Of a stretch of DNA of 64,000 nt, positions 1 to 12,675 are shown in pieces; position 1 is the stretch's first letter, and each line of letters opens with the position of its first letter. The notes under the pieces are model-generated. The model was given only the letters and a program-made list of their open reading frames with translations. It made no database searches and was not told the origin of the DNA. The stretch covers positions 558 through 64,557 of the forward strand of contig JBHGNT010000152.1 in the NCBI GenBank assembly GCA_043228905.1, read 5' to 3'. A program made the translations under genes and the position numbers. Source of the DNA: Azolla caroliniana. Taxonomy: Eukaryota > Plantae > Polypodiophyta.

Positions 1-268
1 CCACCTACCACGAGTGGAATGGCAAGGTTCTGCCAGGACACCCAGCGGCAAGACAACCGTGAAAGGAAAGGCAGGGCCAAAGGATTATCATCCATCTCAG
101 CCAGCGCGGAAAGAAAAGAAAAGAAGAGCTCTGCTTGCTCTTTTTGACAATAATTTCGCTACTCCAGTCATGGGCAGCATTATTACATGCATAGGGCGGA
201 CCCGAGCTCTTTTCGCTGCAGTTTTCCCTACGGCTTTCCTCCCCTCCTTTGGAAGTGTCAGCTAACTC

Positions 269-832
269 CTGGAATCCCCCTTTCCCTCCTTCTAAGAAAA
301 CCATGCTCGGTTAGATCAGTGTGGACTGATGTTTCGTTCCACTGCTGCTGGAAAAGCCGCCAAATTCGTCACTGACTGGAGAGCGGGAACGACTCACTAT
401 CTCGTCTTATTCTCAGAGGCGAGAATGCTCTCAAATGGCTAACGGTGCTTTCAACTAAAGTTCCATTTCTTAACACAGCGAGGCTTATACTGTTTATTCG
501 TACGACAATGCGCGACGCTCCACTATCCCATTGAAAAAGGATTCCGCAATCATTTACGTACTTAAACGCAGACTGAGTAATAGTAATTCATGCCATTCCT
601 CGGGCTCAGACCACAGAGCTTCCTAGGAACTGGGAAAATGCTATAAATCTGTTTAAATAGCTTCGCTTTTTGCCCTAAAAGTCGCTCTGAAAATGTCACT
701 TAGAGTGTTTTGACTAAGGGAAACAAAACCCACTAGACGAACAGCTACTAATATTTCCTCATTATATATTATTATTCATTCCAAACTCAAAACGCTAGAA
801 ATTGAAATAGCAAATAAAATCAATTCGCGCGT
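269..832 (-). CDS. atp4: ATP synthase subunit 4 (b), editing-dependent
   Basis: Hand translation from ACG at 832: (M)RELILFAISISSVLSLE*IIIYNEEILVAV...SEAI*TDL*...KHQSTLI*PSMVFL, matching land-plant Atp4. About 13 in-frame stops, at mostly Gln/Arg-type positions. The 3' end is uncertain: CAG at 269-271 may be edited to a stop, otherwise the frame runs to position 5. Confidence 0.9.
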
Positions 833-1389
833 AAATCGTACTTATATTCTGTTGCTCTTCCTTGTCTGTTCTCGATATTCATGGCAGTTTCTTGGCCTTC
901 ATGCAGGCAAGCAAAAGGGCGGGCGCCACCAGCATGCATTTCTGGACTCGTGCCCGAAGAAAAGAAGCGGGCGGTAAGAAGCGGTTTTCATCATCCGGCG
1001 GGAGTGAAAAGAAAAGTTAGGTCGGGAGGTAGTGCACGCTCGCTGGTCCTGATATCAAAATTCTCGCCTTCGTGCCGTGTGTGTCTGGTTTCAATGAATT
1101 CCGCATGAAGGGGTGCGTGCGCGCAGGCAACAAGCCTGCCCTGGCAATTCCGGCCATAATCTGCGTGCGGTTTTCATCATCATGAAGGCCTTCATGATGA
1201 AAAAGGGGTTGGCGGGTTTGATGAACCGGTTGGTTTTCATCCGGATGAACCGGTTGGTTTTCATCCGGATGAACCGGCGGGTTAGCTTGCCCGTGAGGGC
1301 AGGCAGCTCTTTGTCCGCACGTATGTCGCCCGGGGAACCGGGCGGGGGATCTGCTGGATTTCTATCTAATGTGCCAATCTGTATACGAA

Positions 1390-1462
1390 TGGAGACGATC
1401 GGACTTGAACCGATAACTTCATACTTGCAAAACATGCGTTCTACCGATTGAACTACGCCCCC
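1390..1462 (-). tRNA. trnA(UGC): tRNA-Ala(UGC)
   Basis: Reverse complement GGGGGCGTAGTTCAATCGGTAGAACGCATGTTTTGCAAGTATGAAGTTATCGGTTCAAGTCCGATCGTCTCCA folds as a cloverleaf with anticodon TGC. Confidence 0.92.
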
Positions 1463-1502
1463 ATCCTCGTTCCATATGCAACACGTATCATATGGGCAAA
1501 CA

Positions 1503-1547
<45 letters not shown>

Positions 1548-4471
1548 GCGGGAGGAGCTATTGTTTATACGTGCGTGCGTGCGTGCGTGCGTGCGTGCCC
1601 CCCTTTCTTCTTTTTACAGAGTTTAGGCTTTATCTAAGACATCCCGTCCTGTCGAAACTATGTCATACATAAAGGTGTGTCGTTGGCAGGTTCACTTTTG
1701 GTTTACCACTTCGATCGTATCGGCGCTAGAGAGAAGTCGCTTTCTCGAGAGCCGGCTACCTCATCATCTTGAAACTTCATTCCGCTCCTCTGGCCGCCTT
1801 ACCCTGTTCTCTGCAAGAACCCCAAGGAGACGGGTTGTTGATTGCGCTTGCTTGATTGGCACCTCTAGTACGACACATCTTTCAGAATACGAGCGAATGC
1901 TCGGATCAGTAGATTCGAGCTCCTTATTCAGGAGTTGAGAAGTACGCAGGGCGGGCCTGCCGCTCGGCTATGACCTCGTTTCTTGAGCTAGAGGGGAATT
2001 TCACGAAATGGGTTGGCAAGAGCAGCAGACAGCAACTCGTATCACTCTCGTAATTCAGAGAAGAGAAAATGGGATTCGAACCCTCAACTTTTGCTCTTAG
2101 AGATCATTATTCCGGGAACCACTCTCCCAAACTAAATAGTTATTTCCCTACGTAGGAAAGTTCCAATGCGGGGTCTGGATCCAGTCGAGGCGCCGAGAGC
2201 CGCAGGCGTACCGCGTATTCTATTTACCAGTTTCTCCGGAAGGTCATGTCTGGGAACTTTGACTTGATAGTGTAGTGTGACGAGGCGAGAATTCTCGCTT
2301 TCCAAGAGAGAGTTGGTCAAACCCAACCCTAATTGCTCGGATAGCAACCAATGCACATTGCTGAGTGATAAGGTGGTTTTCCATGCTTGCTGCGAAGAGG
2401 CTTGCTTTCCTGAAAAAGCCGCTGTATACAGTGATTCTCAGACCACGCAGTATCAAAAGCTCTATCAGATATGTATAAGAAGACCCTGTTTGAGTCATTG
2501 GGTCATCCGCTGGTTCATCCTGAGTTCCTGTTCAAGAACCTTATAGCGGAGCTATATTCTCACTGTACGACAATAGAACCCTAGCGCTACTAAAGACCAT
2601 CAAGGTGGTAGATGACATTAAGATGCAGTATAGTATTATGCGGGTACATCGAAACAGCAGCAGAGCCAAGGGAGTATCTTGAAAAGCAGCTGGGCTTCAA
2701 GGCCCCTAAAGAAGAGATATATAACGCGTATCATTGGGTGCCGCAAGAAAAGAAAAGAAAAGAAAAGAAGGGGATCCTATTCCTTCCTGTTGAGCACTCC
2801 TTTTTCTTGAAGAAGTGGAAAGAGAGGTTGTCCCCCCATTGTAGGAGCGAAGAAAGCTAGTAATTTTCACGCACGAAGGAAAGTCCTAGTAGATCACTAC
2901 AATGTCGTAGTGACATCTTTGTGTGGGTTTGTAATCGATAAAGTGTACGGTAATTTCGATTACTTTAAACAAGCCATAAATCTTAAGATGAAACAGTGCT
3001 GCTTTCAAATTACATGTAGCGACGACAGAGCCGCTGGAGAGGAGAGGAGAGGAGAGGAGAGGAGAGGAGAAAACTATGCGTTGACATAAATTAGAAATCA
3101 CTATTAAAATATTTTCGTGGTCTTATCTACCACTTAGGGATCCTTCAGGCCGGCCGGAGTTCACTATACTCCGGTCACCTATTATTTTCTTTCGAGAACC
3201 AGTCCAAGCAACCTAGATATGTTTGCTATTAATTGCTGTAGTTTATTTGATCTTCAATTTTGTTGGTTGTTGGGCATAAGTACAATACCCACGCCGAAAG
3301 TTCACGCTAACTTGCGTCCTGGACATATCGTCACGTGCTGAGATATTAAAAGAAGAGTCGGATATTGAATCATTCGGCCCTTTCTTGTGCAATCTGTCGT
3401 CTTGGCAGGATGGAGGCCTTGGACCTAGTATTTGAAAGTTTAAGGCTGTTTATTCTGTCTTTTCAGACATCATTAGGGCACTGGAAAGGGTAGTACTTGA
3501 TATACGCCAGATACCGATGGTTACTGGTTCCAGTCCTCGGCTGTTCCAGACTTCGGGGCCTAATGCCTAAGGAGGACTTGGTTCACTAGCTTTTCTTCAG
3601 GAAAATCTGGTTAGCTCGTCGAAAGACGCTAGGGGGCTCATGTCGCTACTTTTTGAACCTAGAAGCTGGTGGCCAGGTAGTTGCGAGCTGTTACGGCCGT
3701 CGGAATCTTTTTCTGACTTTTTGATTCGTAACGCCTTAAATCTCTAAATTTAGTTTAAGGAAGAAGAAGAAGAAGAAGAAGAAGAGGTTGGGCAGAAAGC
3801 AGCTTGAGCCTGTTGGTTTTTAGCTATTCGGCGTACAAATAGGCAGTGCGTGGATAGAATTGTTGTCAAAGGACTTCAACAACAACAAGGTGCCTCGATC
3901 TCCGGAATGCCCTTATTTATTATAGGGCGTAAATAGAATAAATAGGTGGGAAACTCTCCCAGCAGCCCAGGCAAGGATCTCTCTCTCTTTTCCTAGTACC
4001 GTTATTTCCCTTCAGGTAAGGTATTCCAGAGGTATTCCGTTAGAAAGACAATCCATTTTTTATGTGATGTGACACATGATTTTTCTCATTAATTATGAAA
4101 CACTCGATTCCTCTGTTATTACTTCATTTCCCACGACTATCTGTCATATTTCCCTTGATTACAAACCTATTCTTTGCTTAGCATTTAAGAGAATGTGAGA
4201 TACCACCTTTCAATACAATAATTGTACAGGTTAGAGTATAAGGACAAAAATCATTTACCAATGTAGGTAAAGTGACCGCCTCAAATCAAAAAGGTATGAT
4301 GATGAAACTTACTAAAATTATTTACCAAAAAAGAAACCACCATGTAATGTAAGGTGCGATACGTAACGGCAGACGGCGTTGCAACGAACCAATAAGCTAA
4401 GCGTGGCAGATTTGTTTGCAATATAGAAAAGAACGGTTTGGTGACGAAACCAAACCGTTTCTCTTTCCATG

Positions 4472-5224
4472 TCAATGAAGGTTTATTGCATCATTCAAAT
4501 GAATACGAATCGGGATTATAGGGACATAAGCTTATAAAATAACTACACCTGATTCTAAACCAGTTGATGCAAATACGATCGAAAGAAGAGCGAGATGTGC
4601 TAATAGCAAGATACCCCTCATGGATAGCATGGTCCGAGCAAAGCCACTCGAAATCTTGACTGAACTATAACCAGCCATCATATTAGCAAATAAACATATT
4701 CCTAAGCTTAGTGCACGAAAACGATAGAGGATTAACTCCGAAAATACTGGGAAAGGCGCTAACGGTGGAGGTACACCCGGCAGTAATAAGAGACTGAAAG
4801 GATGAGGCCCATGTGTTTAAGACCCCACTACGATAGTTCCAAGAGAAAGAGAGAATAGAGAACCCAAAATAATAATAGAATGACTTATTACCATAAAACT
4901 ATAAAGTACCATACCTTACAAATTACGAAATAATGGAAAGGTAAAAGTAACGAGGATCGGGAGAGAAGACTATTATTTCGAAACGCCACTAATTTATTCG
5001 TTCACTAGATTGGGCACGAAATCATAAGTCATCTCCACTAGGGATTACCAAGCATTCAGTACTAAGTGTCCTCCATTCGAGGTCACCAAGTGAACTAGGA
5101 GCGGGATTAAACTGGTAGTGGGTGACATAGATGGAGAGGAATTGATAAATAAAAGATACGGATTTCCTATATGGATGGAAATCGATAGAATAATGGCAGG
5201 TTATTCCGGTAGACTGTAAGCCGT
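4472..5224 (-). CDS. atp6: ATP synthase subunit 6 (a), editing-dependent
   Basis: ACG start at 5224; reads (M)AYSLPE*PAIILSISIHIGN...FRALSLGICLFANMMAGYS...LNDAINLH-TGA; 251 codons; about 8 internal TAA/TAG at conserved Gln positions. Confidence 0.95.
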
Positions 5225-5324
5225 GATGAATTGAAGGGTTTTGTTCCAACATGCATGAAAGAGGGTTGTTCTTAACGTTTATCAATTTTTCGGACTAGCT
5301 CTGTTGAAGAGCTCGTATGAGAGT

Positions 5325-5492
5325 TGGCTCAACCTAGCCCCAACAATGGCAGAATATTTCCGAGATGTCAACGAGCAAGCTGTACCTTTATTCATTGACA
5401 ACATCTTCCGCTTCGCCCAAAATCGCGGAATCAGAAGTCTCTGCTTTCTTTTTGGCAGGTAGAATGCCGATGAAAACCGCTTCTTCGGCCGT

Positions 5493-5525
<33 letters not shown>

Positions 5526-5720
5526 CGTGGGTTATCAACTGGTTCTTCCCGGCCGGCCAGGTCTCTATAGGAAAGAATTCCAGATCAATAACTTCCATTC
5601 AAGCGCACCTGCGGATGATCTGACTGACCTAGCCCCCGCTACAACCATTTGCACACCTAGATGCTACTACTGCGCCGCTTTCGAGAAGATTAGCAGAAGA
5701 ATATCTATGCGGCCCATTCA
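5325..5720 (+). pseudogene. atpB: Plastid-derived atpB fragment (frameshifted, repeat-interrupted)
   Basis: Encodes [24 protein letters not shown]...SEVSA..GRMP[insertion]AVGYQ...SITSIQA.PADDLTD.APATT.AHLDATT. DVNEQ is the plastid-type signature. Confidence 0.88.
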
Positions 5721-6426
5721 TTCGTCTTCATGAGGCGGTGAGGGCCAAAAAAAAAGCCAAGACAGCTTCGGAGCGAACTCTGTTACCAGAGCCGAGAACA
5801 GCTTTAGACAATTCCGTCAGGCACCACGAAGGGCTGGCTTGAGAAGTATCGCAAGACTTGACTTTCTGCGCCCTACTCTCAATGAGTCAAACTCTCCGTA
5901 TCCATTACTCTTTTACAATCGATTATTTGATAGATCTGGAATGTGATGAGATACACTCTAATCATCTCATAGGACCGCCCCGATGAAAACCAGCAGACCT
6001 AATCACCTTACGATGGTTAGCGGAATTCTCTCTCGGTAAATTGGGTCAATGAGACCATCGGCGTTCGTTTCAGAATCGGATAGTTACACGTCCCACATCC
6101 ACTAGTCGCCGGGCCACCGAACATTGCTTCAACCATAAGGCAGCCAGAAAATTGGACCTTTAGTTTAGTTAGGTTTTCATCGCTTTCCGCACGCCTGGTA
6201 GAAAGCGGGTCGACCTTCCCCCCATTTACTTTATTTCATAGAAGCAATAGCGGCATGTATAGTGCTCGGTCTATCTAATTTGTATCGGAACGAAAGCAGC
6301 AGCAATGAACCGCTTCATCCGCGAGTCTTCCATCGACAAAGGACTGGCTCTGGCTCACGACGAATGCAAGCTGGAAAACACGGAACTCGGTACTTGGTTA
6401 GTGAAACCATGCATGAAAAATCAAGT

Positions 6427-6499
6427 TACCTACTACTGGATTCGAACCAATGACTTTCGCCGTATGAAAGCGATACTCTAACCCCTGAGTTAAGTAGGT
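6427..6499 (-). tRNA. trnM(CAU): tRNA-Met(CAU), plastid-like
   Basis: ACCTACTTAACTCAGGGGTTAGAGTATCGCTTTCATACGGCGAAAGTCATTGGTTCGAATCCAGTAGTAGGTA resembles the plastid elongator trnM, and lies opposite the atpB fragment as in plastomes. Confidence 0.9.
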
Positions 6500-7006
6500 T
6501 GGGCAGTTTCATAGCAGCCAGCCCGTTTCATCGAGCCTCGGAAGTCAAGGCGGCCATTCTATCTACAAGATTTTCTGTCAATTCCTGCAGACTGTTCAAG
6601 GAAACTCGTGGGGTGGGTTCCTGCTTTCCCTCAATGCCGAGCTGCTCTTTACGGCCCGGTAAGAATTCAATAAATTGAGTAGTTGCACCTGCTGGTATAA
6701 TAAGATATCCGTCTGAACTCCTACATCAATACCATCCATGTCGGTCTGGGTCGCAACATCAATAACATCATCCACACCTTGATCCTTACTACCTTTCTCA
6801 AGAGGTTGGTTGTCGGCAACGTCGTTGTCAGAGGCCTATCAAGTGACATTATTTCATTGACTACTTTTTTCCGCCGCTAACGGCCAACGAAAGAAAGAAC
6901 TGCCATAAATATCAAGAACAGACCTTGTGTTGGCAAAGAAAGCCAACGCAAGTCCCTCTAATGCTGCTTTGAAGGCATTTTCTTGAAACCTATCTTAGTT
7001 GACGAA

Positions 7007-8014
7007 ACGAAGCCGTATATCCTTCGTCTCCTAGCTAAAATCTTTGGAATCATCATATTACTTTTACCAGGAGTAGTCTTTCCAGTGTCAGTCGAACGTA
7101 AAGTCATGGCTTCCATGTAACGTTGAAAGGGTCTTAATGTGGTGGGATCATCTGGGTTGTTATAACTCTTAGCGGATGGTTTGAAATCAATTTTAAAAGA
7201 ACCTATTCCACCTCCAAGTGCTAATTTCTTTCTTTCTGTAATGGTTCTGGTAATTACATCTACGGTGCGCCGTGCGAGGCTCGTTTTCTTTCCGGAAGAA
7301 TACCCTTCTACAACCAACATAGATGTTTGACTTGGAAGTATATACGGCGGGCCAATACAACATCTTGGGCTAATAATCCATCGAGTTCGCGAGCAGTTAG
7401 TCGGAAAGGGGCGAAGCCGGGCAAAGCGGTTTCCCCGGTCCCCGAAGGAAGGACGGCTTAGCCCTCCTCGGTGGTGTCTCTCAGCTGATGCGAGAAAGGT
7501 TAGATTGACTCACTTGGTACGTACCTACTGCCTGAGTAAGGGCTACGTATCCCGAACAGAATACGTCAGTATGTGTGTGGCGGAGTAATCCAGGGCCCAG
7601 TTTGGGCGAAAGCCTTGACTTCCACATGAAGCGGTCAAGGTTGCCGGACAGCCAGCCACAAGTAATTCCAGCATAGGAACTGACTTAAACAATCGAGCAG
7701 GTGCGCAAAGACCTGTAACCATTGGGTGCTCTGACGGGGCGAAGCAGGGAAGTGCGTAGCGCTTACTCCGTCCTCGAAAGGCAAAGACACGAAAAGAGAG
7801 CAACCACGGGAAGTAACCGCTTCGCATTGTCTAGTAAACGATGCGCGGTCTCAGAGGTCGCATAGTAGCGAGGGAGGAATGCCAGAAACCTGGCCGAGCC
7901 GCGAAGGCAACTAGTCAGAACAAACCTTAGTTCAACGCGGCCAGTACGTATGCGGCCGGCCGGCGTTGAGAATAAGGAACAATTCTTCGAAACGGAAGGG
8001 ACGGCAATACTCTC

Positions 8015-8051
<37 letters not shown>

Positions 8052-11000
8052 TTAAGGTGTTCCGAGTGAGAGCTGTATGACAAAAGATTGCCACGTACGG
8101 TTTGGAGGGCAGCATTGACTGACCCCTATTTAAGTTTGGTTGCTCGGGCTGTTACACTTTCTGATTATGGTATGGTATTGTCGGATCCAAATGTAGGTAC
8201 ATTCTATCTATTTGCTATATCTTCTCCAGGGGTTTATGGGATTATTACAGTGGGTCGGTCTAGTAGGGCGGCCGTTCAGTCACCTGTGGTACTAAAGCAG
8301 CCAGCCCGGCCCGCCCATGTGGTCAAATTGTTTGTAGTGTGGAATGATCTGCTCTATACAGGGTGTAGGGCTCTTCGACAGAACTAGTAATAGGCTTGAC
8401 TCGCGATTTGAAGGGTAGGGGGGGTTCTTGTGTAGGAGGCTAAAAGGGGATAGGGATACGTTCAAAGAAGTTCAGGAAGAAAGGAAGAGCATGCCGTAAA
8501 AGCATGGTTGAAGGTCGATCCTGTCTTCCCAGGGAGTACCTAACAACACCATGTGGAAGAACCAACCTTGTGGATCAGGATGAGGTGCCGTCCTAGCGAA
8601 TTGAAGTCTCCTTGGGTAGCCAACGACCTACAGTTATCCTTGTACCTCTGTGCCGAGCGAACGACTGTACGCTGTCTTGTTTTCTGCCAGCTGGGATTGC
8701 TTGCCGGCCAGATCGGATTGGAGCAACCATTGCATGAAGGCACATTACCCATCCTCTTGGGGACAAGAGACTGAACGACATCCCGATTTACTGCATTCCA
8801 GGACATCTGGGATGAGAGCCGTAGGTGATACCGGCGAAACCCAGCCAGATTTTGTTCTGGCAGGTAGTCAGAGGACTCATAGTACCCGCCCCGAAAGGGG
8901 CCCCTCACGCACGCACGGGGAAGACGCTAGTTTTCAGGGAAGAGGAAAGTCTTTATTTCTTTTTCCACGTTGTTTTCTTCTAGCAGCAGGAAAGGAGTCT
9001 GGATGTCTGCCTAGCTTCGGCAGATTCTACTCAACGCAATCTGCAAACTCGAATCCCCGAAACCTGACTCAATGCGGAATAGAATTGATCGTCGTTTGGT
9101 GGATCTCCAGCAAGCAGTTTTAACTAAAAGAACAGGACATACCACAAAATTCAGAGAGAGAACACGAAGCGATCGATCTGCTTACCGAGGGCTAAGGCTA
9201 GACCGCAGGACCTGGATTTATGACGTCCGGCCCGCTCCTCTCGAGTCCTGCCTGCTGGGAACGAACCACGAGGACGACCGCCAAGAACGGGCGTACTCGA
9301 GGGGGGCCAGAACCAAGCCCAAACGGGACGGAAGGGTACGGAGCGAGGTATTATAAAGCATTGCTTTATGGCGGCCGAAGAAAAGAAAAGAAAAGAAAAG
9401 AAGCGGTTTTCATCATCATGCATGAAGGCGCGCGCGCGCGCCGGTTCATCATGAAGGCGCTGAGTCAGAATTTTCCACTCCGCTAAACTAAAGAGGACGA
9501 CAGAGAAGCAGGAGACGACGAACCCCTGCAACTACGTCGGACCTCTCGGAGTGAAAAAGAAAGCCAGATGGTGGTAGACTATCACGTACGGCTTTGCCCT
9601 CCCCGCCAACCACGTGTCAATGTGCCTCTACGGAAGGAACATCGACGGGCGGGTTTCCCGGGCGATCTAAAGCAAGTTGTTGGGGTAGAGAGCCGTATGC
9701 GCGGCGACGTGCTCGTATGGTTCGGAGAGGACTCAGCGTACACTGATCCTGTTGATTGGTGGAAAAGCAGCTTCACTCCTTATTCCAAATATGCTTTTTC
9801 AGGAGTATCATGATTTGCCGTCTAAATGGTTTTGTACGAAGTATCTATTGGTCCTATTATCATTACTGCACTAATTTGTGTAGGTTTTTGTAATTTTAGT
9901 GAGATTGTCATAGCGTAAGAGCAGATATGGTTTCGCATTCTCTTGTTCTCCGTATTGATTCTGTTTTCTATCTTTCGCTCAGTAGAAACTAATCGAGCTC
10001 CGTCTGATCTACTAGAAGTAGAAGTTGAATCAGTCGTGGGCTATAATGCGGAATATCTTTTAATGGGATTTGCTCCCTCTCTTTCGGGAGAATATGCTAA
10101 TACGATCTTAATGAGGTGCGGAGCCTTGCATCCGACATTCGTTGGGCTTCCGCTCCCTGCAGGAGCCAGCGTCCCCTCAAGGGCTTTGTGCAGTAAACTC
10201 CTCCGGGCGACGATCTGAAGACTAGTAGGTCCCGCGAAGCTTTCGAAGAGGGGTAGCCTGGTGTGTAAGCACAGCAATGAACCGCGAACCCGTCGGACGA
10301 CCTATCTAAGATTAGGAGGATATCTCAGGTGGTTATCCCGCAACTCTTCCCCAGACCTATACTATCGAATGCTCATATGGGAAAGTGCGCTCTTAGGTCT
10401 GGAACCAGGGAGGGTTGCTCCGAGAAATCCCTTCTCGTTTCCTCCAGGGGGTGCGGACACACTTGCACGGATTACAGGTGACGGCTACAAAGATGGCGGG
10501 GAAGGAAACAGTACCCGACATCCAGGGATGAATGTAAACTCATTGGACAGGGGTAATCATTCTGGTCCTGGGAGAGAAGACTCACCAACAACAGTGGTAG
10601 ACACTAGTCTGAAAGGCTAGCAAAACAGAATCACCGAGACAACGGCAGCCCCATGTACTCCTGTTGCGGACGAGAGACTGCTTGCTTGCTTGCTTGCTAC
10701 TGGCGTCCCATGAGCAAATTGAGTCTGAACCAGGCGACTTAACCCCCAGCGAAGAGGGATTTCTGCTGAAAACTTGTTCGTTACGTTACGTTAAAGGGGA
10801 TCTTTTTGGAATGGTCGGAGAAAGACTCGCTGCGCCTCTTGTCAGGCGCCTTGCTCGAGCCCGCGGGAGAAGTGATGGTACTGTTTATTTCCAAAAATTC
10901 GTTCTCGGAGTCAGAAGGTAAAGCACCGTATCTCACAGCTCCCTACTAACGCTCCGCTATCAATTCCAAGTTAGAGGAGGGAGGAGTACCCTGGTCTGGT

Positions 11001-11835
11001 AGCCAACCCACTTTAATGCTATCGCATTCTCTCTGCTGGGTTAAAACCTAAAGAAAGTGTGCTTATCAGCAGCAAGCACAAACCCGGTTGGTTGTTTTCA
11101 GCTGCCCTTTCTGTAGGTTGAGTGGCTTCAATCTCTCCCCCCGGCAGGCAGGCAGGCAGGCAGGCAGGAACTTTCTCGCTCGGCCTTTGACCACCTACCT
11201 CTCATTGTTCTCCTGGGGACTCACTCACTTTAGAGATTTTTCTCCGTCTATGCGGGCTCTAAGCCGATGAACCGGTTCATCATGAAGGCCTTCATGATGA
11301 AAAAGGGGTTGGCGGGTTTGATGAACCGCCTTGTAGGCCAGCCTGAACTGTAAGTCGATCCCACTCTGCTGCTGCTGTGCCAACCACCACCGAGACATCC
11401 ATGCGAGAGAGAGATCGGATTCGAAGACCTAAACGTTGCATTGGTTGGAGAAGAGGAAACTCAATATTCCCGGGACGGAGCCGTATGACGCGAGAGTGTC
11501 ACGTACGGTTCTTTGAGAAGGGTGTGGATACACCTATTGGGCTAAGGGCCACAGAGCCGCGCCCTCACTCTCCTAGTCTATGTACACCGCCTTTCCCGGG
11601 AGGTTGGCCATCCATTTTAGATCTTCCTAGTTTCCAGGGAATTCCGGGCTCAATCTGGTTTGGCACAAAGGTTATTTTCTTTCCGTTCGTATATATATGG
11701 GTTTGCGCAGCATTTCTATGACATTGTTATGATTAACCAATGAGACTTGGACGGAAAGTCTTCCCGCCTTTATCATTAGCTCGGGTAGTTTCTGTATTCG
11801 GCGTTCCAGTAGCCTTTGACTGGCTACCTCAATGA
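7007..11835 (+). CDS. nad1: NADH dehydrogenase subunit 1, 4 exons, editing-dependent
   Basis: Exons 7007-7264, 8130-8265, 9782-10115, 11574-11835. Cumulative exon lengths of 258, 394 and 728 match known intron sites. ACG start; motifs [30 protein letters not shown] at 11830-11832 may be the edited stop. Confidence 0.96.
7265..8129 (+). other. Group II intron nad1i258g2
   Basis: 5' GTGCG; domain V GAGCTGTATGACAAAAGATTGCCACGTACGGTTT; 3' CCTAT. Confidence 0.92.
8266..9781 (+). other. Group II intron nad1i394g2 (cis)
   Basis: 5' GGGCG; domain V GAGCCGTATGCGCGGCGACGTGCTCGTATGGTTC. Confidence 0.92.
10116..11573 (+). other. Group II intron nad1i728g2 (cis, no matR ORF)
   Basis: 5' GTGCG; domain V GAGCCGTATGACGCGAGAGTGTCACGTACGGTTC; only 1458 bp long. 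Confidence 0.92.
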
Positions 11836-12294
11836 ATTGAGCATACTGTGATGTTGAACGTCATAATTAATGGGGTTCTGGTCGGAAGAAAACGGCGTCC
11901 AGACCCCTCTCACGCACGCCCGCCGATGGAAATTTCGTAAACAGAATGCCGCCTTGCGATCGTCCGATCGATGCTTCTTCGAGGGTGAGAGCACCGACCG
12001 GGAAAATAAAAGGAGGAAAGAACCGATACCCCAGCTACTACGGCGCGCGCCTCCCAGATCACAACAATATCTTCTTCTTTTGCTAGGCTTACGGCAGACG
12101 CCCTCGGCATAATCGCAATGGACGGCCCTAGGTACGGTAGTGGCGAGTCCAGGTTGCTTGACCTAAACGATTTACCGCCAACCGAAAGGTAATCGTTCGG
12201 TTATGTCAAGGGGTGAGTGCTGTGTCAAGCGGGCGGATGCATGATGAACGCTTTTCGGGGCCGCACGCAGAAGGAAAAACACAGATTGCGAAAT

Positions 12295-12675
12295 ACGCCT
12301 ACCATAAATTAATTGCTTCGTCATTGTAGAAGGGCAAAACGTCACAAAACATGTACTTGAGCTTCGAATTAATGTCTCTAAAAGTTTGGGGTACGCCCGC
12401 GTGTTTCGACAAGAACACTAAAAAAACCTAATCTGGCTTTATGCAAGATAGCCAAGGCACGTTCAAGCAATTGAAGGAATATCATTGCTCACATCTTTGG
12501 CGAGGGTTATAATTCATAGGAGCATCCTGCGGTTACGGCTAGAGGAGGTAGAGTGAAAGATTCGTTAGGTGTGAATTATCATCGTATTCGAGGAGTTAAA
12601 GATTCGTAGGGAATCCCGGATTGAAGATGAGGCAGACTAAAACATGGTACAGAGAAACCTAAGAATTCGATACGA
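12295..12675 (+). CDS. rps12: Ribosomal protein S12, editing-dependent
   Basis: ACG start; (M)PTIN*LLRH...STRTLKKPNLALCKIAK...GEGYNS*EH...RGGRVKD...GTEKPKNSI then CGA (edited stop); 381 nt. Confidence 0.93.

Noticed and set aside
1219-1278. 24-bp tandem repeat and the 45-bp repeat at 43361 as possible CRISPR arrays
   Set aside because: No unique spacers, only 2-3 units, no cas genes, organellar context.
2062-2130. GGGATTCGAACCC T-loop-like motif (also at about 29903)
   Set aside because: No complete cloverleaf or anticodon arm can be built; at most a tRNA scrap.
2880-4470. Possible further plasmid polymerase or mitovirus RdRp fragments
   Set aside because: Only vague resemblance; no diagnostic motif I can defend without a search.
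9770-11575. Non-AY 3' ends of nad1i394g2 (CTT) and nad1i728g2 (TCC)
   Set aside because: A branch-point A sits 7 nt from each end and exon lengths fit exactly; such deviations are common in plant mitochondrial introns.
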